NCBI GenBank assembly: GCA_013203785.1
Contig: JABMPJ010000191.1
Span: forward strand, 505-64,504
Direction: 5' to 3'
Origin: Lentisphaerota bacterium
GTDB lineage: Bacteria; Verrucomicrobiota; Kiritimatiellia; UBA8416; JABMPJ01
DNA: 64,000 nucleotides
Each line of letters starts with the position of its first letter. The first letter of the stretch is position 1. The translations under genes were made by a program, and so were the position numbers. The notes under the pieces were generated by a model, which searched no databases, had not been told where the DNA came from, and was given only the letters and a program-made list of their open reading frames with translations. This document shows positions 44,645 through 53,630 of this stretch, piece after piece.

Positions 44645-46006
44645 TCACGGCATCGGCAGCCCCTCCATGGAGGCGGCGTAGCGCTCCAGGAGTTCGTCCG
44701 GCAAGTCGTGATCCGACAGCTTGCCGTCGAAGTAGGCTTCGTAGGCGGTCATATCCATAAGGCCGTGGCCGGACCAGTTCATGAGGATGACCTTCTCTTT
44801 GCCCTCTTCCTTGGCCCGCTTGGCTTCGCGGATCGTCTGGGCAATGGCGTGCGAGGTCTCCGGCGCGGGGATAAAGCCCTCGGTGTGGGCCCATTGCACC
44901 GCCCCTTCGTAGCACTCCACCTGGTGGATCGCTTCGGCCTCAATCAGACCCTGATTGAGCGCATGACTCACCATCGGCGCCATGCCGTGATAACGCAGAC
45001 CACCGGCGTGAATCGGTGGCGGCACAAAGGTATGGCCCAAGCTGTGCATCGGCAGCAGCGGGGTCATCATGGCCACATCACCCGAATCGTAGCGATATTT
45101 CGCTTTGGTCAGGGTCGGACAGGCGGACGGCTCGGTCGCGATAATCCGCACATCCTTGCCGTGGATCTTATCGCACACGAAGGGAAAAGCCAGTCCCGCG
45201 AAGTTAGATCCGCCACCGGCGCAGCCGATAATGACGTCAGGCGAGGCCGCCAGCTTCTTCATCTGCTTCTGCGCTTCGAGACCGATAATGGTCTGGTGCA
45301 GCATGACATGATTCAGCACGCTACCGAGCGAATAGCGCGTCTCGGGATCGGGCACGGCCTCCTCGAGGGCCTCGCTAATCGCGATGCCAAGGCTGCCCGG
45401 TGTGTCCGGATCCTTCTCCAGGATGGCACGCCCCACCTGCGTATCCATGCTCGGACTGGGCACACACTCACCGCCCCATACGCGCATCATCATCTTCCGG
45501 AACGGCTTCTGGTCAAAGCTGATACGTACCATGAAGACCTTGCATTGAATCCCGATCAGCTTACAAGCGAAGGAGAGCGCACTGCCCCACTGACCCGCGC
45601 CCGTCTCGGTGGTGAGGCGTTTGATGCCAAACTCACGGTTGTAGTAGGCCTGCGGCACAGCCGTGTTGGGCTTGTGACTGCCGGGAGGCGAGACACCCTC
45701 GTTCTTGTAGTAGATTTTGGCCGGCGTGCCCAGAGCCTCTTCCAGGCGGCGGGCGCGGTAGAGCGGAGTGGGGCGCCACAATTTGAGGATGCCGAGGACT
45801 TCCTCGGGAATGTCAATCCAACGCTCCTGACTGACCTCCTGCTCAATCAGGTTCATAGGAAAAACCGGGGCCAGCGCCTCGGGCCCGATCGGCGTGCCGT
45901 CCGGTCCCACCGGAGGCGGCATCGGTTTCTCAAAATCGGCGTTAAGATTGTACCACTGCTTCGGAATTTCATCCTCAGACAGGTGGACCTTGATCAGTTC
46001 ACTCAT
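44645..46006 (-). CDS. trpB2: Tryptophan synthase beta-like protein, long TrpB2 type (PLP-dependent)
   Basis: ~450-aa TrpB2 architecture. Fold type II PLP enzyme motifs (…[12 protein letters not shown]…). Family-wide similarity. Confidence 0.8.
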   Translation of the reverse strand: MSELIKVHLSEDEIPKQWYNLNADFEKPMPPPVGPDGTPIGPEALAPVFPMNLIEQEVSQERWIDIPEEVLGILKLWRPTPLYRARRLEEALGTPAKIYYKNEGVSPPGSHKPNTAVPQAYYNREFGIKRLTTETGAGQWGSALSFACKLIGIQCKVFMVRISFDQKPFRKMMMRVWGGECVPSPSMDTQVGRAILEKDPDTPGSLGIAISEALEEAVPDPETRYSLGSVLNHVMLHQTIIGLEAQKQMKKLAASPDVIIGCAGGGSNFAGLAFPFVCDKIHGKDVRIIATEPSACPTLTKAKYRYDSGDVAMMTPLLPMHSLGHTFVPPPIHAGGLRYHGMAPMVSHALNQGLIEAEAIHQVECYEGAVQWAHTEGFIPAPETSHAIAQTIREAKRAKEEGKEKVILMNWSGHGLMDMTAYEAYFDGKLSDHDLPDELLERYAASMEGLPMP

Positions 46007-46047
46007 GGCGTATCCCTCTCCCCACTGCTAGACATTCTGCCAGGTCC

Positions 46048-46335
46048 TCAGGCCTGACCCTCTCGCTTCATACCCTCAATCACGCTCCGGCAGACCGATC
46101 CACGCCGTTTCAAAACACGGGACCCCCGTGTAATCTTACAGAGGCTGATCCCCAATTGGGCCGCCACTTCGCGCTGTGGAACACCACCATGCAGCAGCTG
46201 CATCAGCTTCCAACGCAAGCCCAAATCGCGCCGCTCCGCATCCGTCAGGACCTCACTCAGGAACCGGCTCATCTGCGTCGGATCCGAGATACGACTGAGC
46301 GCATCCACAATCTCGTCATGCCGAATCATAGACAT
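46048..46335 (-). CDS. trpR: Trp repressor (TrpR)-family DNA-binding protein
   Basis: LTDAERRDLGLRWKLMQLL…VPQREVAAQLGISLCKITRGSRVLK matches the TrpR HTH region (…LTPDEREALGTRV…[24 protein letters not shown]). 42 nt upstream of trpB2 on the same strand. Confidence 0.7.
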   Translation of the reverse strand: MSMIRHDEIVDALSRISDPTQMSRFLSEVLTDAERRDLGLRWKLMQLLHGGVPQREVAAQLGISLCKITRGSRVLKRRGSVCRSVIEGMKREGQA

Positions 46336-46342
46336 CTCGTTT

Positions 46343-46366
46343 CTAGCTGAAGAAACCCAAAGCTAG
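46343..46366. promoter_or_regulatory. CTAG-containing inverted repeat CTAGCT-N12-AGCTAG just upstream of the trpR-like gene; candidate Trp operator
   Basis: Read directly: ctagctgaagaaacccaaagctag, 8-30 nt upstream of the start codon. TrpR operators are built on CTAG half-sites. Confidence 0.4.
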
Positions 46367-46501
46367 CGAACCCAGATTGGCCTGTAAAGAGAGGAATTGT
46401 GGCGCGTTCTATCTACCTAATGCCTTGCATCCCCATCCTGCCCCGACTACCCTCTTCGCCACACGCAGCGGAGTGGCCACAGCTGGTCCCAGGGAGATGC
46501 G

Positions 46502-47239
46502 ATGGATTATCGGCTTTTTCTGAGTACGTTCTTCTTGATTTTTCTGGCGGAACTGGGCGACAAGACCCAGCTGGTTGCCCTGACCCGCACCGCAGCGGCG
46601 GACGGCAGCCGGTGGACCGTCTTTCTCGCCGCCTCGACCGCACTGGTACTATCCACGCTGCTTGCGGTGCTCGTAGGCGATGGACTCGCGAAGCTGGTTC
46701 CACCACGCACCATCAAGATTGCGGGCGGCATCCTGTTCGTCGCCCTTGGACTCTTGATCCTGAAGAGCGCCTTCCTGCCCGGCGTGGTTCGGGTCTCGAG
46801 TGCCGCACCCGCCCCCTTGGCGCGCGTCGTGCTCAGGCTGGCGGCCGGGTTCGAAGAGGCCGCCGCGAAAGACTACTATGCCCTGGCGAAGCAGACCGCT
46901 GACCCCGCCCTGGCCGATCTATTCCTGACACTTGGCCACGAGGAGGCCATGCATTTGGAGCATCTTGAAGCGGCCAACCGCGCTCACGGCCAAACCACCA
47001 TGACCCCAGCGGTCGCCGACGTCACGAGCGACCATGCCACCCTGGCCCACGACGTAGCACAGGCGGTCAGCTTTGAACTCGCGCACGCGATCGAACACGA
47101 ACAGGCCACGGCCGATTTCTACCGAGGTCTGGCCAACACCACACCCATCGCCTCGCTCAAACAGACCTTCATGGCCCTGGCCAACGAAGAAGAGTCCCAC
47201 ATCGCCCGCCTCCAACACTTTGCAGGCGAATCGGCTTAA
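46502..47239 (+). CDS. Fusion of a single UPF0016 (GDT1/TMEM165) membrane repeat with a ferritin/rubrerythrin-like diiron four-helix domain
   Basis: N-terminus has ELGDKTQL (the E-x-G-D-K/R-T/S UPF0016 motif) and 3 TM helices. C-terminus has paired ExxH motifs (GHEEAMHLEHLE … NEEESHIARLQ), as in rubrerythrin/ferritin-like domains. Confidence 0.7.
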   Translation: MDYRLFLSTFFLIFLAELGDKTQLVALTRTAAADGSRWTVFLAASTALVLSTLLAVLVGDGLAKLVPPRTIKIAGGILFVALGLLILKSAFLPGVVRVSSAAPAPLARVVLRLAAGFEEAAAKDYYALAKQTADPALADLFLTLGHEEAMHLEHLEAANRAHGQTTMTPAVADVTSDHATLAHDVAQAVSFELAHAIEHEQATADFYRGLANTTPIASLKQTFMALANEEESHIARLQHFAGESA

Positions 47240-47252
47240 AGGAGAGCCACAG

Positions 47253-48479
47253 ATGCAAACATCTCGCGTCACGCGCGTATTCATCGTAGGGCTCGCCATG
47301 ATCGCCCTCGCCATCGCTTTCTACATTATGCTCGTCGTTAAGAGCGACTCGCCGATGCCGGGTTGCGGTGAGGATCAATGCAACGCCGTGCTCACCAGCC
47401 GGTGGGAGCACTGGGGCATCGTTCCGGTCGCCTATCTCGGCATCGGTGGCTATGTCTCTCTCATGTCAGCCACCCTTCTCTCGGGCTTCATGCGGTGGCC
47501 ACTGATCAGAATGGGGATCTGGTCGCTGATGATTGTTGAGAGCCTGACCGGCATCGGCTTTATCGCCTGGCTCCTCTTGCTGCAATGGATCATCATCAAG
47601 CAGTTCTGCATCTTCTGCCTCTCGTCCCATCTCTTCGGCGTGGCGGCCTACGGCATCGTGCTCTGGAAAGCGCCCACGTGGCAAGGCTTCCACCACGCGC
47701 GGCGACGCTTAACCGGCACGGCGACCGCCCTGTTGACCGTACTGATTGCCGTGCATGTGCTCGCTGTCCCTGACATGATGGCGGTGCAGACGGCGGAAAG
47801 CCTGGAACCCACGTCGCACGAGGAGGAGGCGGCGCTTTCACACGGTACGTTCCAGTTTGGTAAACAGGACGACACACGCGTCGTGAATCTCCTCAACAAG
47901 ACGCTCTCGTTCGATCTCTACAAGGTACCCGTGACGGGCTCGCGCGCGGCCACATACGTTCTGCTCGACATATCCGACTACAGCTGCCCCTCCTGCCGCA
48001 CGCTGCACGCCAAGCTCAAGGAGTTCAACGAAACCTACGATATCAGCCTGGCCATTGTGCAGCTGCCCGCACCCATGAACAGTGGCTGCAACCCGGATAT
48101 CAAGAAAACACCACACGGCTTTGAGAATGCCTGCGCCTACGCCCGTTACGCCATGGCCGTCAACAAGGCCGATCCGGAGCAGTTCCCTGCCTATCACGAC
48201 TACCTGATGAGCGGACGCTATCCGCCCCCGGTGAATGAAGCACGCGCACGCGCCGCGGAACTTATCGGTCAGGAGGCCTTCGAGACCGCCCTGCGCGATG
48301 AGGCGGTGGAGGAGTGGATCACCAACGGTGTTAACCTGAAGCGCTACGTCAAAGCCACCACCCTACCCCGGCTCATCACCCCCACCCAAGTCATCTCCTA
48401 CAGCGGTGGATCCAACGCAGGCTTCGCCAAGCTGATGCAGAAGGCACTCGGCATCACAGAGCTCACGAAACGGCCATAG
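47253..48479 (+). CDS. Vitamin K epoxide reductase (VKOR) domain fused to a periplasmic thioredoxin/DsbA-like domain
   Basis: Loop cysteines PGCGEDQC and active-site CIFCLSSH in TM helices. C-terminal CxxC thioredoxin fold (DYSCPSCRTLHAKL). RBS aaaggagag. The ORF-track N-terminal extension at 47073 was rejected. Confidence 0.8.
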   Translation: MQTSRVTRVFIVGLAMIALAIAFYIMLVVKSDSPMPGCGEDQCNAVLTSRWEHWGIVPVAYLGIGGYVSLMSATLLSGFMRWPLIRMGIWSLMIVESLTGIGFIAWLLLLQWIIIKQFCIFCLSSHLFGVAAYGIVLWKAPTWQGFHHARRRLTGTATALLTVLIAVHVLAVPDMMAVQTAESLEPTSHEEEAALSHGTFQFGKQDDTRVVNLLNKTLSFDLYKVPVTGSRAATYVLLDISDYSCPSCRTLHAKLKEFNETYDISLAIVQLPAPMNSGCNPDIKKTPHGFENACAYARYAMAVNKADPEQFPAYHDYLMSGRYPPPVNEARARAAELIGQEAFETALRDEAVEEWITNGVNLKRYVKATTLPRLITPTQVISYSGGSNAGFAKLMQKALGITELTKRP

Positions 48480-48491
48480 CTTCCGGGAGCC

Positions 48492-48527
48492 CCAAAAGAA
48501 AACCACGCGCCCGATGGACGCGTGGTT
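48492..48527 (-). terminator. Rho-independent terminator for the FadL-like outer membrane protein gene (also at the end of the convergent VKOR gene)
   Basis: Perfect 9-bp stem aaccacgcg/cgcgtggtt with a 9-nt loop. On the minus strand it is followed by ttttctttt. Confidence 0.7.
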
Positions 48528-48555
48528 CTCTCAAACCCTCTTCAATGGGCGAGTT

Positions 48556-49806
48556 CTAGAATGCCCACGCCAGGCTAAAGCTGTAGGAATCCTCTTCGAG
48601 ACTCGACTCTAGCGTAATGGCGAACGGTCCGCCGGCCGAGGTTTCTGTGATCGTGTTCTCAAAGGCGTGCATGTAGCCAAGGTGCAACGACATGTTATCA
48701 GCCGCACGCACTGAGAGACCGACTGTGGCATGCGACTCGACGATGGCCGGGAAACCAACCGTACGCAGCATCTCGTAGCCAAACGTCGGAACCGGGTTGC
48801 CCTGCACCGAGGTCACACCCATGGGATCCCACCCGTTGTGCTCAACCACCGGGTTCTTGCCGTAGTTGTACCCACAACGAACCGTGACCTTCTCCGTGGC
48901 CTGCACCTGGGCCCCAATCGCGAAGACCCACTGCGACTCCCAATCGAAGTCCTGGTAGCCTTTCGCATTGGCCCAGTCCAGATACTTCGCATCCACCTCA
49001 ATCACAAGGGTCTGGGCCGGCGTCACGGCCACACCGACGCCATAGCTGGCCGGGGACTCGAGCACCAGGTCATCCTGATCGGAGTCGCCCATAAAGGCAT
49101 CAAAGTTGTAAACGTTGCGATGTGTAGACTTCTCAGGGGTCGTGTAGGCCGCGCCAATCGAGACCGCGCCAAGATTGAGAAGCGCGCCGAACTGGCCACC
49201 CAGCCCGTAGTCATGTGCACTGCCCTGCTCGAGATCGAGGCTGTTGTAGCTACCGTTTAGGGCCGCACCCAGAGCCAGGCTGTCGGACACCTGGCAGGAG
49301 GCCATACCGACAAACTTCATGACCTCGAGCTTGGTGTAGAGATCGCCCTCGTACCCGTTGGAAGGATCACCATCAAGGTCCCACTTCTGGTCGCGGTAAT
49401 CCGTACCCATGCCGGAGACACCATAGGCACCCACGCCCATGCGCCATGAATCACTCAAGGACATCGTGACACCCACGGCGGGGATAACGAAGGCCTGTCC
49501 ACCACTTGACCCCTCGAGGGTTACGGGACCGGTCGGCGTTGGCAGCGTAATCTTTGCTGAGGGGTTCGGTGCAAAAATGGTGGCACCGAAGACCGACTCA
49601 GACTGTACCCCGCACGGACAAGCCGCGAGTGCAGCCGGGTTATTAAAGACGGCTGAGACACTGTCTTGTGGCATGGCGATACCGACGCCACCCATACCAC
49701 GCGACACGGCGCCCACGCCCATCAAGTTGTCGCCGTTCGTCGCCAGAGCCGAACCGGCCCCAACGATCATGAAGCCTACCAGTGCGATGACTAGTGCTTT
49801 CCTCAC
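48556..49806 (-). CDS. FadL/TodX-family outer membrane hydrophobic-compound transport beta-barrel
   Basis: Signal peptide …RKALVIALVGFMIVGAGSALA (GTG start with RBS agggggt; alternative ATG at 49848). N-terminal hatch motif FNNPAAL. Alternating beta-strands. C-terminal …SLAWAF. Confidence 0.75.
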   Translation of the reverse strand: MRKALVIALVGFMIVGAGSALATNGDNLMGVGAVSRGMGGVGIAMPQDSVSAVFNNPAALAACPCGVQSESVFGATIFAPNPSAKITLPTPTGPVTLEGSSGGQAFVIPAVGVTMSLSDSWRMGVGAYGVSGMGTDYRDQKWDLDGDPSNGYEGDLYTKLEVMKFVGMASCQVSDSLALGAALNGSYNSLDLEQGSAHDYGLGGQFGALLNLGAVSIGAAYTTPEKSTHRNVYNFDAFMGDSDQDDLVLESPASYGVGVAVTPAQTLVIEVDAKYLDWANAKGYQDFDWESQWVFAIGAQVQATEKVTVRCGYNYGKNPVVEHNGWDPMGVTSVQGNPVPTFGYEMLRTVGFPAIVESHATVGLSVRAADNMSLHLGYMHAFENTITETSAGGPFAITLESSLEEDSYSFSLAWAF

Positions 49807-49994
49807 TACTACCCCCTGTTTGTTGTTTTGGCCCGACGCGAAACCCATCCCGTACAGTCCAAATATCTACAATAGTTCCGGTTGAAATAGCACCTTCGGC
49901 TACGTCTTGTCACGGACTATTCCCAACGATAAAACATGAGCACTATAGGGGTAATACTCATTAACAAACGGGGTGGAGGCTGAAGCAGCGCCCC

Positions 49995-51659
49995 CTACTT
50001 CCTCCCCAAAACGCCAGCATTCCACAGGCAGCGCGTCTCTATCACAGCCTCAACTTCGGCTTCGCGGCGCGAAGTGTCCCACCCGTAGGCCTCGGCCATG
50101 AGGGCGGCGCAGGCGTGCAGGAGAAGGGGGTTGGGCTGACCACTGGAACCAATCCCAGTGCGACGAAAGATAAGGTCAGCGAGGGTCAGGGGCATCTCGT
50201 TCGCGATCACATGCCGAATTTCAGCGGCTAGCACATCGTCGCTGCCCGCCAACACAGGCTCGACAGCCTGTCCGCCCAAGAGCGCATCAATGCCACAGCC
50301 ATACAGGCGCAGGAGTCGCTCGACAACGGGCGCTGAATGCGCCGCATACCGCTTCAGGGCGGCTTCCCGGAAGTCGGCCACGTTGCCCATCACGTCGCCG
50401 GGCAGTGGGCGTACCGCCGTGGTGGAGCGAACCACGGGACCATCCAGCCGCTTGATGGCCAGCGACATGGTCCGCTGCGCCACATCGCGCGCTGTGGTGT
50501 ACTTAACGCCCAGCACGGTCAAGAGTCCTTCGACACCATCCGTATTGGCATGATCAACCAGCCTGAAATGACGCAGCAGCGGGGGTTCTTCCCCCGCCTG
50601 GGCCACGCGCGTACCGGGAATCACACCAGCGTGCATCATCAAAATGTCGTCGCGAGTCAACACCAGTCCGGGATAACAGCTGTTCAAGGCGGCGAGATAC
50701 GCCTCGATATCCGCATCGGTCACCGCCGCGCTATCGACCGAGCCCTCGTGCGGTCGGTAGTAGGTCCCGGCCATCGTCACACCCCTCCACGGCACGAAGA
50801 AGAAGAGGCGCCCGCCCGAGGGCGTGCCCGCACCGGCGGTCAAACCGGCGGCCATCTGCGCGCTCGGACCCCGTTTGAGGATCAGGTTGATGCCGAGGAC
50901 GAGATGCCTGCAGGGATGAGTGAACGCGGCGCTGCTCTGGCCCAGCAGTTCCGAGGACCAGGTACCGGCCGCATTGATCACGAGCTGGGAGCGTATCATC
51001 AGGGTCTCTCCGCTCAGGACATCCTCGGCGCGGACCCCGACCACGGTGCCGTCTTCTACGATCAGCTCGCGCGCTTTGACGTAGTTGGCGGCCATGGCAC
51101 CAGCGTCGCAGGCGTCCATGATCATTGAGATCACGATGCGTTCGGTATCGTAGCCCATGGCGTCGTGCCAGATCGCACCGCCCGTGATGCCCGCATCGCG
51201 CAGCCCGGGAAGCCGCTCCAGACAGGCCGCCTTCGAGAGCGTGCGACAGGCGGCGAGGCGGCGCGAGGGGTCGAGGCCGCGGTTACGGCCGGCGCTGAGC
51301 ATGTCGTTCAGGGCGGTGCCGAGCGACAGGATCAACCGGCTCTTCATCAACGTCGGTCGCGTCGGCATGATACAGCTCAGGGGATCCACCAGGTGCGGCG
51401 CGGTTCGCAGCAGGATGCTCCGCTCTCGAATCGACTCGAAGACGCGCGGCAGATCCATCTGCTGCAGGTAGCGCAGGCCGCCGTGAATGATCTTAAGACT
51501 GTTGGCCGAGGCACCCGAACAGAAGTCGTTCTGCTCAATCAGAACCGCGCGCAGCCCGCGCGTGGCCGCTTCGCGCGTGATGGCCGCGCCATACACGCCG
51601 CCACCCACCACCAGCACATCGCAGGTCGTTCGCGTTAAGGCTTGCGGATCACGTTTCAT
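49995..51659 (-). CDS. glpD: FAD-dependent glycerol-3-phosphate dehydrogenase
   Basis: DVLVVGGGVYGAA FAD motif. GlpD family similarity including the C-terminal alpha-helical domain. Confidence 0.85.
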   Translation of the reverse strand: MKRDPQALTRTTCDVLVVGGGVYGAAITREAATRGLRAVLIEQNDFCSGASANSLKIIHGGLRYLQQMDLPRVFESIRERSILLRTAPHLVDPLSCIMPTRPTLMKSRLILSLGTALNDMLSAGRNRGLDPSRRLAACRTLSKAACLERLPGLRDAGITGGAIWHDAMGYDTERIVISMIMDACDAGAMAANYVKARELIVEDGTVVGVRAEDVLSGETLMIRSQLVINAAGTWSSELLGQSSAAFTHPCRHLVLGINLILKRGPSAQMAAGLTAGAGTPSGGRLFFFVPWRGVTMAGTYYRPHEGSVDSAAVTDADIEAYLAALNSCYPGLVLTRDDILMMHAGVIPGTRVAQAGEEPPLLRHFRLVDHANTDGVEGLLTVLGVKYTTARDVAQRTMSLAIKRLDGPVVRSTTAVRPLPGDVMGNVADFREAALKRYAAHSAPVVERLLRLYGCGIDALLGGQAVEPVLAGSDDVLAAEIRHVIANEMPLTLADLIFRRTGIGSSGQPNPLLLHACAALMAEAYGWDTSRREAEVEAVIETRCLWNAGVLGRK

Positions 51660-51740
51660 AGCTGCCGCAAGACTAGTTGAACCACATCAACAGGAAAAGA
51701 AGAACTTCGGGCACCCGATCATTCGCCGTCTGGTCGAATC

Positions 51741-52643
51741 TCAGCCACCTCCGCCGGCGGGGGCCAACGGCTCCCATCCCGGCTGCAAGCGGGCGGAACC
51801 GCGCCAGTAGAGCTTTTCGCGCAGGACGGAGAAGTAGCTATGGCCGGGAATGAGGAGAAATCGAACGTCCTGCTTGCTGCGGCAGATCTTTATGCAGTCG
51901 CCTTGCTCAAGCGACTGACCCACCTGACCATCCGCAGTAAGGAGGAGCGCACCGCCAGAATCTCCCACCGTAATGAGGATTTCACTCTTGTCGGGCACGA
52001 CGAGGGGGCGAGAACTGAGGGTATGAGGACAGATCAAGCTGATCACAAAGGCTTCCACTTTGGGTGCCAGAATGGGCCCGCCAGCGGCGAGCGAATAGCC
52101 CGTACTACCGGCCGGGGTCGACACAATCAGGCCATCACAGACATAGGAAGTGACATGGTCGCCATCGACCGCCAGGTCCAGAGTCACCACGCGCGAGGAT
52201 CCAGCGCGCACGACCACATCGTTGAGAGCGCGGTAATAGCCCACCTCTTTGCCCCCCGAAAGCACAACCGCCTCTGCCACGGCCCAGTGCCGCAGATCGA
52301 TATCGCCCACAGCCAGGCTTTCGAGCGCGTGGTCGAGCCCATCCTCGGCGATGCTGGTCAGAAAACCAAGACTCCCTATGTTGACACCCATGACCGGCGT
52401 ATCCCGGCCATCCAGTACGCGCGAAGCACGCAGCATGGTGCCGTCTCCGCCCAAGGCGGCGATCACGTCGGCCCGATCCAGCAAAGCCTCCCGGCTGACC
52501 TCCTCGACGTCCCCCGACAGCGCGGCGGTATCACGCTCCGCAATAAGCGGCATTCCCAGCGCACGAGCCTTGGAGGCGATCTTACCAACCACATCCGCAG
52601 CGCGAGACTTCTTCGTGTTAGCGATGATCCCCAGTGTTTTCAC
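51741..52643 (-). CDS. nadK: NAD kinase
   Basis: GGDGTML motif and NADK family similarity. Confidence 0.9.
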   Translation of the reverse strand: MKTLGIIANTKKSRAADVVGKIASKARALGMPLIAERDTAALSGDVEEVSREALLDRADVIAALGGDGTMLRASRVLDGRDTPVMGVNIGSLGFLTSIAEDGLDHALESLAVGDIDLRHWAVAEAVVLSGGKEVGYYRALNDVVVRAGSSRVVTLDLAVDGDHVTSYVCDGLIVSTPAGSTGYSLAAGGPILAPKVEAFVISLICPHTLSSRPLVVPDKSEILITVGDSGGALLLTADGQVGQSLEQGDCIKICRSKQDVRFLLIPGHSYFSVLREKLYWRGSARLQPGWEPLAPAGGGG

Positions 52644-52699
52644 AAATCACTCCCCCTGTCTCGGACCACTAACAACCACCGCCAACATAGAGAGGGAGA

Positions 52700-53440
52700 T
52701 CACTCTCCCTCCCCCAAACGCCACCAGGCAACAAATTCAACGTTCCCGGCCGGTCCCACCACCGGTGACTGACACACGCCCTGCCACGTCAAACCCAGCC
52801 GGGACACTCCAAACTTCCGCACCGTCTCGATCACCTGCTGCCGGACCCCTTCGTCTCTCACCACGCCCCCCTTGGCGACTTGAGTACGGCCCGCTTCAAA
52901 CTGTGGCTTAATCAGCGTAACCAGCTCACCCCCCGGTACCAAGACAGCTATAGCGGCGGGTAGGATAAGGGTCAACGAGATAAAGGCGACATCCACCGTA
53001 ATCAACTGGGGGGGAAAGGGAAGCATTTCAGTCGTGAGATAGCGCGCGTTCACCTTATCCAGCACCGTCACCCGCTCATCCTGGCGAATCTTCCAGTTCA
53101 ACTGGCCCTTGCCAACGTCCACGGCAATAACACGCGCCGCACCATGCTGCAACAGACAGTCCGTGAAGCCCCCGGTAGAGGCCCCGATGTCCAAGCAGTC
53201 CTTGCCTGCCACCTCAATCGGGAAGTGATCCAGGGCGCCCTGTAGCTTGCCACCCCCACGACTGACGAAGCGCTCCTGCTCCTTGACCGCGAGTTCCACA
53301 TCATCACGCACCGCGTGGCCCGCCTTGGTCAGGACCTGCCCATCCACCGTGACATGGCCCGCCATAACCAGGCGTTGTCCCTTTTCACGGCTCTCCACCA
53401 GCCCACGATCAACCAATAGCTTGTCCAAGCGCTGCTTCAT
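52700..53440 (-). CDS. tlyA: TlyA-family rRNA 2'-O-methyltransferase (hemolysin A-like)
   Basis: S4-like N-terminus (RLDKLLVDRGLVESR). FtsJ-like MTase motif DIGASTGGFTD. Adjacent to nadK, as commonly seen. Confidence 0.85.
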   Translation of the reverse strand: MKQRLDKLLVDRGLVESREKGQRLVMAGHVTVDGQVLTKAGHAVRDDVELAVKEQERFVSRGGGKLQGALDHFPIEVAGKDCLDIGASTGGFTDCLLQHGAARVIAVDVGKGQLNWKIRQDERVTVLDKVNARYLTTEMLPFPPQLITVDVAFISLTLILPAAIAVLVPGGELVTLIKPQFEAGRTQVAKGGVVRDEGVRQQVIETVRKFGVSRLGLTWQGVCQSPVVGPAGNVEFVAWWRLGEGE

Positions 53441-53630
53441 GGCCGGACTATACTGTCTCTGCGCAATACAGAGAAACTCTAAATGACTCGGGTTAAGACC
53501 CCTCTATTTGTAATCGTGAAACAAATATCAAAAAACTCAAAGACAGCTTGCGCCCACTCTTAGGCCCTGTTATGTTTGCCTCTTCATTTCGTTAATTTCC
53601 TAACGACATAGAACAGAAAGGGGTCCAAGA

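Noticed and set aside
47073-47252. ORF-track N-terminal extension of the VKOR gene
   Set aside because: The Pro/Ser/Arg-rich translation overlaps the end of the preceding gene. A strong RBS (aaaggagag) precedes the ATG at 47253, where the first TM helix begins.
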